In this document: piece by piece, positions 37,625 through 48,304 of the stretch | How the letters are laid out: each line of letters starts with the position of its first letter | How positions within the stretch are numbered: position 1 is the first letter of the stretch | From: an uncultured bacterium | Lineage (GTDB): Bacteria; Zixibacteria; MSB-5A5; CAIYYT01 | NCBI GenBank assembly: GCA_963726455.1 | Contig: CAVSCK010000004.1 | Location: 800,001 to 864,000, forward strand | DNA length: 64,000 nt | Direction: 5' to 3' | Program-made: the position numbers and the translations under genes | The notes under the pieces: model-generated | What the model saw: the letters and a program-made list of their open reading frames with translations, nothing else | Told to the model about the DNA's origin: nothing | Database searches by the model: none

Positions 37625-39203
37625 TTGAAACGTTGGCTAACGATTCTGACACTTCTACAACCCATAATGCTTGTTGCCGCGGTGCCATATCAGCAGAGCC
37701 CGTTTTGGCAATCGACGGAAGCAGGGGTTTATTCTACAGGGCTGGTCTGGGAGGATGCCAATCGCGACGGCTATCTCGATATGTTCGTGTCGAACGGCAA
37801 CGACATGGCAGCGGCACAGGACTACATATACCAGAATAATGTTGGCGCCATCCAAACCACGCACGCGTGGTCGACGCTGGCCAATGACTATTCCGGCCAT
37901 TGTGCTGTTGGCGACATCGATGCCGACGGTTATCCGGAGTACTTTATTTCGAACTATATTCGCAGCGGCTGGGGAGCAACAAAATCGAAAATGCACAAGA
38001 GCAACGCCGGAACTTTCGACGCCATACCTTTATGGGTGACGGGTGACACGCTGCATAGCTTCTCCTGCGATCTCGGCGACGTCGACGGCGACGGGGATCT
38101 GGATATCGCCTTTGCGGCAGGAGAGGGTTATAATCATATCGCTGAGCGGCAACGAATCTACTTCAACCACGAAGGCACGATCGCTTCGTTGCCGGGCTGG
38201 TATTCGCATGACGCAATGTACATGATGGATGTTAGGCTGGGCTGATGTCGACAACGACGGTGATCTCGATCTGGCGTTCTGCGGCGATGAAGGCCATGTC
38301 TGGCTCTACACGAACAACAACGGCGTGCTGGACACCTTGCCGAGTTGGCGTTCGACCGATGTCAACCCCGGCAATTCGCTGGCCTGGGGTGATCTGGATG
38401 GTGACGGATTTCTCGATCTCGCAGTCGCCGACAATAACCAGACCGGCGGAAATGGCCGATTCAAAGTCTACAAGAACACCGGCGGCCAACTTAGTGCTGC
38501 TCCAGTTTGGCAATCTGCTACCAGCGGGTACGGTTCGGCGGTGTGTTGGTACGATGTCGATCGGGACGGCGATAAGGATCTGGTGACCGGCCGCTGGTGG
38601 GACAACGTTGCCATATACGAAAACGTGAATGGTGTGCTGACAACGTCGCCGGTATGGCTATCGAGCACGTCGACGGTTATCGAGGAAATTCGCATGTGCG
38701 ATGTCGACCGGGACGGGATTGAATCATACAAGACGGCGCGTGCCGGAAACGGCGTGAAGAAAGTGTTCTACGTGCAGAATTATCCGATGAACTCGCTCGA
38801 CAGTGTGCGCAGCGACGGCATGAAACTGTTGCCGGGACTATACTGCAACGATCTGTATGCCGGCTGGGTTTCGCTGGCTCATGCTCCGGTCGATTCGGTT
38901 GAGCTTTTCTACAAGTATTCCGACAAACAGGACCTGGCGGTTGTCAACTGGGACGGCGCCAATCTGATTTTCGCCGACACGCTCACGCATGTGCCACCGA
39001 TCATTTATGTCAAAGGTGATGCCGACGGATCCGGCGCAGTTGACATTTCTGACGCGGTATTCCTTATCAATTACATTTTCTCGGCCGGAGTACCCCCGGA
39101 TCCGATATTCCTGGGCGATGCTGACTGTAGCGGCGCGATTGACATTTCGGATGTAGTGTACCTGATCAATTACATTTTTAGTGGTGGACCGGCTCCCTGC
39201 TAA
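37625..39203 (+). CDS. Secreted FG-GAP/VCBS-repeat beta-propeller with C-terminal dockerin; one +1 frameshift at about 38232
   Basis: Seven DxDxDG-type repeats (DANRDG, DIDADG, DVDGDG, DVDNDG, DLDGDG, DVDRDG x2); dockerin 'GDADGSGAVDISDAVFLINYIF...GDADCSGAIDISDVVYLINYIFSGG'. Removing one T in GATGTTAGGC joins the two ORFs. Confidence 0.85.
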
Positions 39204-39292
39204 ACATTGGACGACCTGGCGCGTGATTGTCAGCCGGACATTTCTGTTTCTGTTAGCCCGTCAAAGCTCTATATTGATGGCAGGAGGTTTCT

Positions 39293-39637
39293 ATGGCCGA
39301 TCGATTAGAGCAGTTCCGGCTTTACCGCGAGAAGATGAATGAGCGCATTCTGGGGGAGCATCACCAACAGATCAATCGCTTCTTTGCCCTTGATTCGCGT
39401 ACCTACGAACCCGGTGCCCTGGATTCTCGCACAAAAGAGTTGCTGGGGCTGGTAGCATCGATGGTGCTGCGCTGTGACGACTGCATCGCCTATCATCTGA
39501 TACAATGCAAGAAGGAGGGGATTACCCGCCCGGAGTTCTTTGAGGTGTTCAATGTGGCACTGGTTGTCGGCGGATCGATTGTGATACCCCACCTGCGCCG
39601 GGCAGTCGAGTTGCTGGATGAATTGGAAAAGGAATAA
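39293..39637 (+). CDS. Carboxymuconolactone decarboxylase / AhpD family protein
   Basis: 'GALDSRTKEL...LRCDDCIAYH'; SD AGGAGG. Confidence 0.9.
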   Translation: MADRLEQFRLYREKMNERILGEHHQQINRFFALDSRTYEPGALDSRTKELLGLVASMVLRCDDCIAYHLIQCKKEGITRPEFFEVFNVALVVGGSIVIPHLRRAVELLDELEKE

Positions 39638-39646
39638 CAACTTTCG

Positions 39647-40414
39647 ATGAACGAGTACACGGCTCCTCCCCCTCATTTAGTCCACGACTTTTATCCCTGT
39701 ACAGTCAGTCCCAGGTTCGACATGGGGCTAATCCTTACCGATACCCTGAAGCTTCTGCGCCACGGTTTCGGGCAGTTTGCCATGATATTTCTCGCGATTC
39801 AAGCACCTCTGCAAATAGTGCAGCTTATCGCCCTGCCGGGCTCGGATCAACCGCAGGGGGAACTGGGCAATACGGGAAACCTCATGTTGTCGGCAATCTT
39901 CTTCGGGTTCCTCGGGCTATTCGCCACCTTGAACGTCATGATGGCGGCTCGCTTTCGGGTGGGGGGATCGCCCAAAGTGTTCTATGAAGTATTTCTGCAT
40001 TCTATCATCAAATTCCCGACAGCAGTTTTCGCGACGATCATTCTCTTCATCACGGTCTTCGCCGGTCTGTTGGTGTTGATTATTCCCGGCATAATCTTTT
40101 TCATCTTCGGCTGTTGCTTTCTGCAGGCCATTGCCGTAACCGACCGCCGCATCATCAGCAGTCTCATCGAGAGCTACGACATGGTTCGCGGCAACTGGTG
40201 GAACGTGTTTCTATTTCAGATTGTATTGGTGATGGTCGTGGGAATCGTCGGCCTGCCCCTGTTTCTTTTCGATTACCTTGTGGCCCCACCGCTGGCGATC
40301 AAAGTTCCACTGTATTTGATTTTCGATGCGGTTGGGATTGTTGCCAACGTGGCGAGCGTGTTGATGTTCTACAATTTGCTGGCGATCAGAGCGCATCGAA
40401 TAATGGGGGCTTGA
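39647..40414 (+). CDS. Integral membrane protein (YciC / GDPD-membrane-domain-like)
   Basis: About 5-6 TM segments, 'LIIPGII', 'SLIESYDMVRGNWW'. Confidence 0.7.
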   Translation: MNEYTAPPPHLVHDFYPCTVSPRFDMGLILTDTLKLLRHGFGQFAMIFLAIQAPLQIVQLIALPGSDQPQGELGNTGNLMLSAIFFGFLGLFATLNVMMAARFRVGGSPKVFYEVFLHSIIKFPTAVFATIILFITVFAGLLVLIIPGIIFFIFGCCFLQAIAVTDRRIISSLIESYDMVRGNWWNVFLFQIVLVMVVGIVGLPLFLFDYLVAPPLAIKVPLYLIFDAVGIVANVASVLMFYNLLAIRAHRIMGA

Positions 40415-40432
40415 GCGTCGCTGGCGCGGCGC

Positions 40433-43225
40433 CTATTTGAGCAGCGTCATCTTCCTAGTTTCAGAATAGTCGCCTGCCTGAAGTCGGTAGAAGTATATGC
40501 CGCTGGCGACCGACGTTCCTTCGGACGACCTGCCGTCCCACGTGACCGTGTGAGTTCCTGCGACTTGATAATCATCGACAAGAGTCCGCACTTGCTGTCC
40601 GAGCGTGTTGAGGACTGTCAGCTTGACCGGTTCTGACGCTCGCAAAGAATAGCGAATGACAGTCTCGGGATTGAAGGGATTTGGGTAATTCTGCTCCAAG
40701 TCGAACTGCTTCGGCAGCGTGGCCTCGGTTCCACCAACGTCGGTCGAAGTATACTGGCTGTGATTGAGGAAGACGTCAAACCCGCGACCGAGATTGCGGT
40801 TGTCAATCCAGGTACCGAAGACAAAGCCGTTGTTCAACACGGCTACCGGCTGCTGCTCCAGAACCGGACTGGCAAACGATGACATGGGTGTATTGATGCC
40901 GATATGGTTGCCGTCCTCGCGCATTACTTGAAAGTAACCGCGACGAATTCCCGACCTTTGATCACTCCACGACACCACAATGCCGTCGTCGATATCACCA
41001 TTAGTTCGGACGTCGGCGAAATTCGCGCCGGTCACGTCGGAGACCTGAATATTGGCAAGTTCGAGATTTCCGTTGAATCCATAACGATACCATTTGATGA
41101 CGTCGCCGGTGCTCGTTGATAGAATTGCGGCAATGTAAAAGCTGCCCTTGAAGTCATGCACGAAGATGTCCCCGTCCAGAACCTTTACTTGTGTCGTGTC
41201 GATATCGAGCATATGCATGTCGCCGACAGGAAGACCGGTGGAATTGAATCTCTGGAAGTACAGCGTCTGATTGCTGCCGATGATGGACAGGAACGTCACT
41301 ACAAATGAGCCGTCACTGCGCGTACCGACGTGCGGGGCGAAACTTCCCGATGCACTCGGAACATCGGCGACAAGCTGGTTGGCTCCATCCGGAATGCCGG
41401 AGGTGTTATAACGTTGGATATAGATTTGCTTTTTGCCGGAACGCTCATCGGCCCACGCAATTTTGAAACTTCCGTCATTTCCTACCGCAATGTCTGGTTG
41501 TGATTTTGGCGCCGATGTACCATCGCTATTGACGATAAGATTAGCACCTGTCATTGAACCGTTACTGGCAACGCGCTGGGCAAATATGTTTCTGCCGGCA
41601 ATGCCGGTTGCGGTACGGTTATCTTCCCAGACTGCAACCATGGCGCCGTTCGTCGAGGTGCCGATACGCGGCGCCGCCTGCAGACTGTTGCCGGCATCGT
41701 CGTTGAGGCGTGTCGCCAATCCAATCGGCGAACCGGCAAGACTGATCCGCTGCAGGTAGATGTCACCCGCGTCATTCTTGCAGTCCTGCCAGACGATCGC
41801 GTTGGCCCCCTGCGGCAACCAACTCAGGTCGGGAGAATATTGCTGCGAGCCGGACTGATCGTCGTTGAGCAGCAGATTAGGCGCAACTCTGAGGAATGTG
41901 GGATCGAGACGTTGCAGGAAAATATCGGCGTTGCCGTTGCGGTAGTCGGTCCAGATGGCATTGACGCCGGTCAGTCGGAAAGCGAGGGCCGGAAAATTGC
42001 GTTCTTCCAACACTCCTGCATCTTGAAGAGTTACGTTTGTACCGGAGAGTTTGCCGAGCTTGTTCACTTTCTGCAGCACTATCGTCGCGGTTGAGTCGTA
42101 ATTTGCAAAGATGCAGCCAACACCGGAATCCGGGGTTGTCGCAAACCGCAGATCCCAGCAGATATCGGCGAGAGAACTATTGACGCGGAAACTCGTATCC
42201 ATCGGCACGGACGACGCCGAGATCACCTGTGCGTACGCGCTCTGTCCGGCGTAGCGAGTCGATATCCATCCCGCGAGATAACCCTTGCCGGGAATGAATC
42301 TGACCTGGGAATTGAACTGTATGTCGGCCGGGAAATTTGATTCCAACATCATATCAGAATAGATAGGCGTGCCGTCGTTCTTGAGGATGCGGAAGTAGAC
42401 GTGTTGATTTGCGTCGCGGGCGTCCTCCCAGACAACGGCGAAGGTGGTATCGCCACTGGCTCCGATATCGGGTGAACGGCGGTACGGCGAGGTCACCGAA
42501 TTGTTGACCTGGAAATTGCTGCCGATAAGATTGCCGGCGTCATCGAAAGTCTGACCGAAAATATTCGCGCCACTGCGAGCGTCTTCCCAAACGGCAGCGA
42601 ATCGGCTGTTGGCAAGCGCGGCGACGACAGGCAGGTTGACCGAGTTTGTGGTCAGGTTGTCATTGAGCTTCACTCGATTTGTAAGCGCCGTCAGACTGCT
42701 GTTAAAGATCATTGCATAGATAGAGCCCGATTCGCCCTCGGACCAGACGATTGCCATTTTACCGGCGGCGTTCACCGCGAGTCGCGGTTGTCGTTGCGAA
42801 AAGTAAGTAGCGCTGTGAATCAGTCGAATATTTGACCCCGAAGGAATACCAGACGACGTCAGTCCCTGGGCATAGATTTCCCATTCGCCGTTGCGTTCAT
42901 CTTCCCAAACAGCCACGCCTTTGCCATCGGGAAAATAAGCGATGTCGCTGTACTGCTGCCTGAATGTCGCCGTGCCATCGTCGTTGTTAACTTTGATATC
43001 AGCGGCAGCCGGACTATAGGATTTCGGGAAGAGATTTGGAGACTCGATCGTGGTCAGGAATTCATCGGTGCGAGGAATCTCGGCAGACTGCTGCTGCCAA
43101 CGCTCCCACCGTTGCTTGAGGACGGCTGAATTGTCGGCGTAAAGACTTGAGACAAAGATCAGCAGGTTCGCGAATAATGTGATCGTGGCGATTCGTCTGT
43201 GGTGTCTCAAAATCCCTCCTTCCAT
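40433..43225 (-). CDS. Secreted repeat beta-propeller protein with T9SS type-A / FlgD-Ig C-terminal domain
   Basis: About 14 repeats of 'VN...Q..P.I...VWED.R.G..I..Q'; CTD 'LEQNYPNPFNP...VASGIYFYRLQAGDYSETRKMTLLK'; true start may be TTG at 43210 (SD AGGAGG). Confidence 0.88.
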   Translation of the reverse strand: MEGGILRHHRRIATITLFANLLIFVSSLYADNSAVLKQRWERWQQQSAEIPRTDEFLTTIESPNLFPKSYSPAAADIKVNNDDGTATFRQQYSDIAYFPDGKGVAVWEDERNGEWEIYAQGLTSSGIPSGSNIRLIHSATYFSQRQPRLAVNAAGKMAIVWSEGESGSIYAMIFNSSLTALTNRVKLNDNLTTNSVNLPVVAALANSRFAAVWEDARSGANIFGQTFDDAGNLIGSNFQVNNSVTSPYRRSPDIGASGDTTFAVVWEDARDANQHVYFRILKNDGTPIYSDMMLESNFPADIQFNSQVRFIPGKGYLAGWISTRYAGQSAYAQVISASSVPMDTSFRVNSSLADICWDLRFATTPDSGVGCIFANYDSTATIVLQKVNKLGKLSGTNVTLQDAGVLEERNFPALAFRLTGVNAIWTDYRNGNADIFLQRLDPTFLRVAPNLLLNDDQSGSQQYSPDLSWLPQGANAIVWQDCKNDAGDIYLQRISLAGSPIGLATRLNDDAGNSLQAAPRIGTSTNGAMVAVWEDNRTATGIAGRNIFAQRVASNGSMTGANLIVNSDGTSAPKSQPDIAVGNDGSFKIAWADERSGKKQIYIQRYNTSGIPDGANQLVADVPSASGSFAPHVGTRSDGSFVVTFLSIIGSNQTLYFQRFNSTGLPVGDMHMLDIDTTQVKVLDGDIFVHDFKGSFYIAAILSTSTGDVIKWYRYGFNGNLELANIQVSDVTGANFADVRTNGDIDDGIVVSWSDQRSGIRRGYFQVMREDGNHIGINTPMSSFASPVLEQQPVAVLNNGFVFGTWIDNRNLGRGFDVFLNHSQYTSTDVGGTEATLPKQFDLEQNYPNPFNPETVIRYSLRASEPVKLTVLNTLGQQVRTLVDDYQVAGTHTVTWDGRSSEGTSVASGIYFYRLQAGDYSETRKMTLLK

Positions 43226-43686
43226 TCCGGAGGGTAGTGCGCAAACGGTGTGCCGATTGGGTTCGCTTGCCCGTATCTGCTGTTCAAATCTGAGGCAAAT
43301 AAACGCGGGGAAAATTCCAGAGAACCGGTCAAGGTATCTTCTTGACGTCCATGATAGTAGCGATAGGCAACCGGAATGAGCCAGTTCATTCGATAGTTAT
43401 ACGCGCCAGAATTGCTTCTGCCCAATCTTGGACACGGGATGTCGGGTTCATAAGATGAGCAAGCTTTTGCAGAAACTGGAGCAGGACACTCGCTGGATAA
43501 CCTTCCGATCTCGACCGCAGGAACAGAAAGTGGAACTTAAACAGAACATCGTAACAAATTACCATGTCACAAGTTACGTGACAATAGAAATCGGCCACAG
43601 CCGGTTGATTTTTGTTGACCGATACAGGTCTAACCCACACATTGACGCAACGTTTGAAGGGGCAATCGGTAAAACAACGAGAGAAG

Positions 43687-45792
43687 ATGTTTGATTTTCG
43701 AGATATCAGGTTCCCGGTAAAGTACTATCTGGTGCTGGCGCTACTGGTGCTGGTCGGGATATCGGTGGCGGTGTCGCTGGGCTATGCCTACAAGAACGAG
43801 CTACCGTCGATTGAACAGATCTACAATATCGAACCGCCGGTAGTCACTACCATATATGATCGCAATGGCGTGGTGCTCCAGAAATTCCATTACGAGAACC
43901 GAATTCTGGTGCCTTATAACAAGATCCCGCCATACGTAATCCAGGCACTGATTGCCACCGAGGATGACAAGTTCTATCAGCATTGGGGAGTTGAATGGCG
44001 CGGTGTTATGCGGGCCTTGTTCCGGAACGTGTTTTTCGGATTCGGTTCCGGGGGCGGCTCAACGATAACGCAGCAGCTTGCGCGTATGCTATTTCTCAAT
44101 CGCGAAATTTCGATGGAGCGCAAGTTCAAAGAGGCGCTGACGGCACTGAAGATCGAGCGCACGTACTCCAAGGATGAAATTCTGGAGATGTATCTCAACC
44201 TCTATTACTTCGGCAACTCAGCGTACGGAATAGAGACGGCGGCGCGAAACTATTTCAATAAGAACACCGAAGCGCTCACGATCGAGGAAGGCGCACTACT
44301 GGTGGCGATCGTAAATGCGCCGTCGCGGTATTCCCCTATTGATCATCCCGATCGCGCGCTGCAACGACGAAACTACGTGCTAGGCCGAATGGAGTCGGAA
44401 GGATACATCAGCAAGGATATGGCCGACAGTCTGCGGAACATTCCGATCAAGCTGGATCTCTCACAGAATGCCACCGGCGCGGCGCCCTATTTTACCGAGA
44501 TGGTACGTCAATACCTGACCGACAAATATGGCGACGAGCAGTTCTACAAGGGCGGGTTGAACGTATACACAACGTTGGATTCGCGCCTGCAAAAGATAGC
44601 CGAGCACTCACTGAAGATTCAACTTGATTCGATTCAGACAAGAATCGAACGCACCAAGTGGCTGGGCAATCCGGAATATTCGGTAGTAGTCTACGACAGC
44701 CTGAAGCACAAGAAAGCGTATCAGTTCAAGCAGATTCAAGGCGCCTTTGTAGGGATTGACAATGAGACCGGCGACATACTCACACTGATCGGCGGCAAGG
44801 ATTTCGGCAAATACAAGTTCAATCGTGCGGTGCAAGCCAAGCGTCAGCCCGGTTCGGCATTCAAGCCCTTCGTGTACACCGAGGCGATGGCGCAGGGCTA
44901 TCATCCTTGTGATATCTTCTACGACACACCGATCGTGCTTACGATACCCGGATCGACGGAATGGAGCCCACAGAATTTCGATAATGAGTTTCAGGGCGCC
45001 ATGTCGTTGCGTACCGGTCTGGCGCGGTCGCGAAACCTCATTGCCATCAAGCTCTTGCAAATGGTGGGCGCCAAGCCGGTGATTGAGATTGCGCACAAGA
45101 TGGGAATTCGCAGCACGCTGACACCGAATCCGTCACTGGCCATCGGTACTTCCGAAGTGACGGTCTTGGAGCTGGTAAGTGCGTACTCTTGTTTTCCCAA
45201 CGGCGGCATTCATGTCGAACCGCGTTTTATCACGAAGGTCGTGGATCGCTACGGCAACCTGCTGGAGGAAAACAGCTCTTCAACTCGCCAGGTGGCCATT
45301 CCGCCGGCGGTTGACTACATGACTGTCAGCATGATGCAGTCGGTCATGGATGATTCGGGAGCGACGGGAGCCGGCGCGAGATCACGCGGTTTCTATCGCC
45401 CCGCCGGTGGCAAGACCGGAACATCGGACAATTTCTGTGATGCCTGGTTTGTCGGCTACACGGCACAAGTGACGGCCGGCTGCTGGATTGGATTTGATGA
45501 CAAGACGTCGCTGGGGCATAATCAGACGGGCAGCATGAATGCGCTGCCGATCTGGACCGACTTTATGACGGCGGCAGTCGATTCACTTCCGATTGAGAAT
45601 TTTGTCGAGCCGCCCGGTATTGTGCATGATACGGTGTGCGTCGAATCGGGCAAGCTGGCGACTCCGTTTTGTCCGCGAACGCGCGACGAGATATTCCTGG
45701 GTGACTTCACGATCAAGGAAAAATGCCCATTGCACAAGCGGCGAGCGGAGATCGGCGAACCGCAAAGGTTAGCAGCTTCAAGCAATCATTAG
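43687..45792 (+). CDS. Class A penicillin-binding protein (PBP1A)
   Basis: Transglycosylase 'EDDKFYQHWG', 'GGSTITQQLAR', 'RKFKE'; transpeptidase 'PGSAFK', 'SRN', 'KTGT'; start taken as ATG 43687. Confidence 0.95.
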   Translation: MFDFRDIRFPVKYYLVLALLVLVGISVAVSLGYAYKNELPSIEQIYNIEPPVVTTIYDRNGVVLQKFHYENRILVPYNKIPPYVIQALIATEDDKFYQHWGVEWRGVMRALFRNVFFGFGSGGGSTITQQLARMLFLNREISMERKFKEALTALKIERTYSKDEILEMYLNLYYFGNSAYGIETAARNYFNKNTEALTIEEGALLVAIVNAPSRYSPIDHPDRALQRRNYVLGRMESEGYISKDMADSLRNIPIKLDLSQNATGAAPYFTEMVRQYLTDKYGDEQFYKGGLNVYTTLDSRLQKIAEHSLKIQLDSIQTRIERTKWLGNPEYSVVVYDSLKHKKAYQFKQIQGAFVGIDNETGDILTLIGGKDFGKYKFNRAVQAKRQPGSAFKPFVYTEAMAQGYHPCDIFYDTPIVLTIPGSTEWSPQNFDNEFQGAMSLRTGLARSRNLIAIKLLQMVGAKPVIEIAHKMGIRSTLTPNPSLAIGTSEVTVLELVSAYSCFPNGGIHVEPRFITKVVDRYGNLLEENSSSTRQVAIPPAVDYMTVSMMQSVMDDSGATGAGARSRGFYRPAGGKTGTSDNFCDAWFVGYTAQVTAGCWIGFDDKTSLGHNQTGSMNALPIWTDFMTAAVDSLPIENFVEPPGIVHDTVCVESGKLATPFCPRTRDEIFLGDFTIKEKCPLHKRRAEIGEPQRLAASSNH

Positions 45793-45845
45793 TGCGTTAT
45801 GTATCTGCAAGGCGGGGGCGTTCGAATGATATCGAGCTCACAATT

Positions 45846-47087
45846 TCATTCGTAATGCAGACTGATGATCGGATCGACCGACGCTGCGCGATAAGCAGGT
45901 ATCACGCCGGCAGCAAGGCCAATACCCACGGAAAGTGAGAAGGCCACGATAATGCCGAGAATCGGAACGACCATGGGCAAGGGTGAGACAGCAGATATGA
46001 TGAACGCCGCCAACAATCCAAACACAATTCCTATGACACCTCCGGTGCCGGACAGCGTCATCGCCTCCACAAGGAACTGGAAGAAGACATTGGCGCGGCG
46101 CGCGCCGATGGCTTTGCGAACGCCAATTTCGCGCGTTCGCTCCGTGACGGAAACCAACATGATATTGAGCACACCGATTCCACCGACCAGCAAACCGACC
46201 GCCGAAATCGAAATCATCGCAACCCAGATTCCTTTGGTAATATCCTTGTACCAACCGAGAATCGATTCCTGGGTAGCCATTGCGAAGTCGTCCGGATCGC
46301 TGTACTTAACGCCCCGCAACCGCCGTAACGCCTGACGAATTTCATCTTGGGCCGGATTCATCAATTCGGCCGTGCGGGCTCTAACCGCAAGAAATAGTTC
46401 CTTCTCCCAAGGGAAAAGCTTGTGGAATGTACCATACGGGAGAATGACCATGTTGTCTTGACCTTCGCCGAAGGTGGTCTTGCGTTTTTCCATAACTCCG
46501 ACCACTCTCAGTCTGACGTTGTTAAACAGAATTTGCTCTCCAACCGGATCATTGCGAGTGAAGAGGGTCGTTGCCAGATCGGATCCAATTACGCACACCA
46601 TGGCGCGATGGCGATCCTCGGATTCCAGGAAGAAACGTCCTTTGGCGACATAGTGATTATTGACCAGTGGATAATCGACGCTGGTGCCGAACAGATTGGT
46701 ACTCCGCGAAGTGTTTTCCTTATACTTGGCAACATTTCCGCCAGGGCGCCAATAGTGATTCTGCGGCGCCACGCCGTCGACCGACGGGCACAATTCCGTG
46801 ATGACATTGGCTTCCGCCAGCGTGATCGGCTCGCGATTGCGTTCCTTGTCGGTGAGTTCGTCCCAGTTCGTGTTGAATGGATACTTCGTAATGTAAATGA
46901 CATTGGAACCCATCGCTTGAATGTCGGTAGCAACAGCCGAATTCAGCCCCTGGATCAGTGCCACCATGGCAATCACCGAACTGACGCCGATCATTACTCC
47001 GAGAATGGTCATGAAGGCGCGAAACTTGTTCGAGCGAATCGAATCAAATGCGAGAATGATGCCTTCTTTGGTTTCGAAAATATTCAT
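45846..47087 (-). CDS. MacB/FtsX-type ABC transporter permease
   Basis: 'LGVMIGV', '[28 protein letters not shown]'. Confidence 0.93.
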   Translation of the reverse strand: MNIFETKEGIILAFDSIRSNKFRAFMTILGVMIGVSSVIAMVALIQGLNSAVATDIQAMGSNVIYITKYPFNTNWDELTDKERNREPITLAEANVITELCPSVDGVAPQNHYWRPGGNVAKYKENTSRSTNLFGTSVDYPLVNNHYVAKGRFFLESEDRHRAMVCVIGSDLATTLFTRNDPVGEQILFNNVRLRVVGVMEKRKTTFGEGQDNMVILPYGTFHKLFPWEKELFLAVRARTAELMNPAQDEIRQALRRLRGVKYSDPDDFAMATQESILGWYKDITKGIWVAMISISAVGLLVGGIGVLNIMLVSVTERTREIGVRKAIGARRANVFFQFLVEAMTLSGTGGVIGIVFGLLAAFIISAVSPLPMVVPILGIIVAFSLSVGIGLAAGVIPAYRAASVDPIISLHYE

Positions 47088-48304
47088 GATTCAAACCGCA
47101 GCGCTTCGATCGGATCAAGCCGGGCCGCCTTCCATGCCGGATATATACCGAACACGAGACCGATAACTGTGGGAATAGTAAATCCGGTAACGACCGCCAG
47201 GACCGAGATTACAAACGGCAGCCCCATGTAGCCGGACGCAATGCTGGAAATACCCAACCCCCCCGCGAGTCCTAACACTCCTCCGAGCAGGCACATCATC
47301 AAGGCCTCCAGCAGGAACTGTCCCAGAACATGTCTGCTGCGAGCTCCCACCGCTTTGCGAATTCCGATTTCGCGCGTTCTTTCCGTCACCGACACCATCA
47401 TGATGTTCATGACGACGATACCGGCAACGACGATAGAAATAAACGGAATCGAAACAGTCACGAGACGCGCCGTTCCAGTGAAATTATCCACAAAGCCCAT
47501 CACCGCCTCTTTGGTAATCAGGGCGAAGTCATCGGGATCGTGATAAGACGTATGACGACGGGCGCGCATGATGGCGCGAATCTGATCCATACCCTGATCC
47601 ATGCTCGACTCGGATCGCATCTTGACCAGGATGCTGATATCCTGATGCATTCCCGTCATTTTCAACATGGTCTGAGCCGGCAGATAGACATACCTGTCGA
47701 GGTTCTCCCCCATAACCGAGCCCTTCTTGGCGCCGATTCCAATGATTGTGAACTTCTCGTCACCGACGATAATCTCTTTGTCCAACGGGTCTTCGTAGGG
47801 AAACAGCTTGTCCTTGACCTCCTGGCCGATAACCGCCACCTTCCGTCGGTGCTCATCATCCATTTCCGTAAAGAAACGTCCTTCCGCAATATCCAGATTG
47901 TAGATTCGCGACACGCTGGCCGAGTACCCCACTACCGAAATGGCGTAAAGCGGTTTGTTTCCCCGTTTGATATTCCTGACGTGCCCTTCAATGGCCAGAC
48001 CTGTTGCCTCGGCAAGCGTGCAGGAAATCTCAATGGCGCGGGCGTCCTCAACGGTGATCTGTTTTCGCTTGAGTGCTTTGATCCACTCATCGTGAGAGGT
48101 GATCATTCCAAAGCGGGTCACTGCGACAGTCGAAGCGCCCATCTCATCAAAGATGCTGGTGATACGCAACATCATACCATCGAGCGTCGAAATGATGGCA
48201 ATTACCGAAGCGACGCCGATCACGACACCAATTACGGTGAGCACCGTGCGGAGTTTGTGCGACCAGAGCGCCGCCAATGCCAATTTCAGGTTCTCAAAAA
48301 TCAT
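47084..48304 (-). CDS. MacB/FtsX-type ABC transporter permease (second paralogue)
   Basis: 'IGVVIGV', '[23 protein letters not shown]', '[11 protein letters not shown]'. Confidence 0.93.
   Translation of the reverse strand: MIFENLKLALAALWSHKLRTVLTVIGVVIGVASVIAIISTLDGMMLRITSIFDEMGASTVAVTRFGMITSHDEWIKALKRKQITVEDARAIEISCTLAEATGLAIEGHVRNIKRGNKPLYAISVVGYSASVSRIYNLDIAEGRFFTEMDDEHRRKVAVIGQEVKDKLFPYEDPLDKEIIVGDEKFTIIGIGAKKGSVMGENLDRYVYLPAQTMLKMTGMHQDISILVKMRSESSMDQGMDQIRAIMRARRHTSYHDPDDFALITKEAVMGFVDNFTGTARLVTVSIPFISIVVAGIVVMNIMMVSVTERTREIGIRKAVGARSRHVLGQFLLEALMMCLLGGVLGLAGGLGISSIASGYMGLPFVISVLAVVTGFTIPTVIGLVFGIYPAWKAARLDPIEALRFES

Noticed and set aside
43428-43694. 88-aa ORF upstream of PBP1A
   Set aside because: No SD, no recognisable motif, and it spans promoter- and operator-like sequence.
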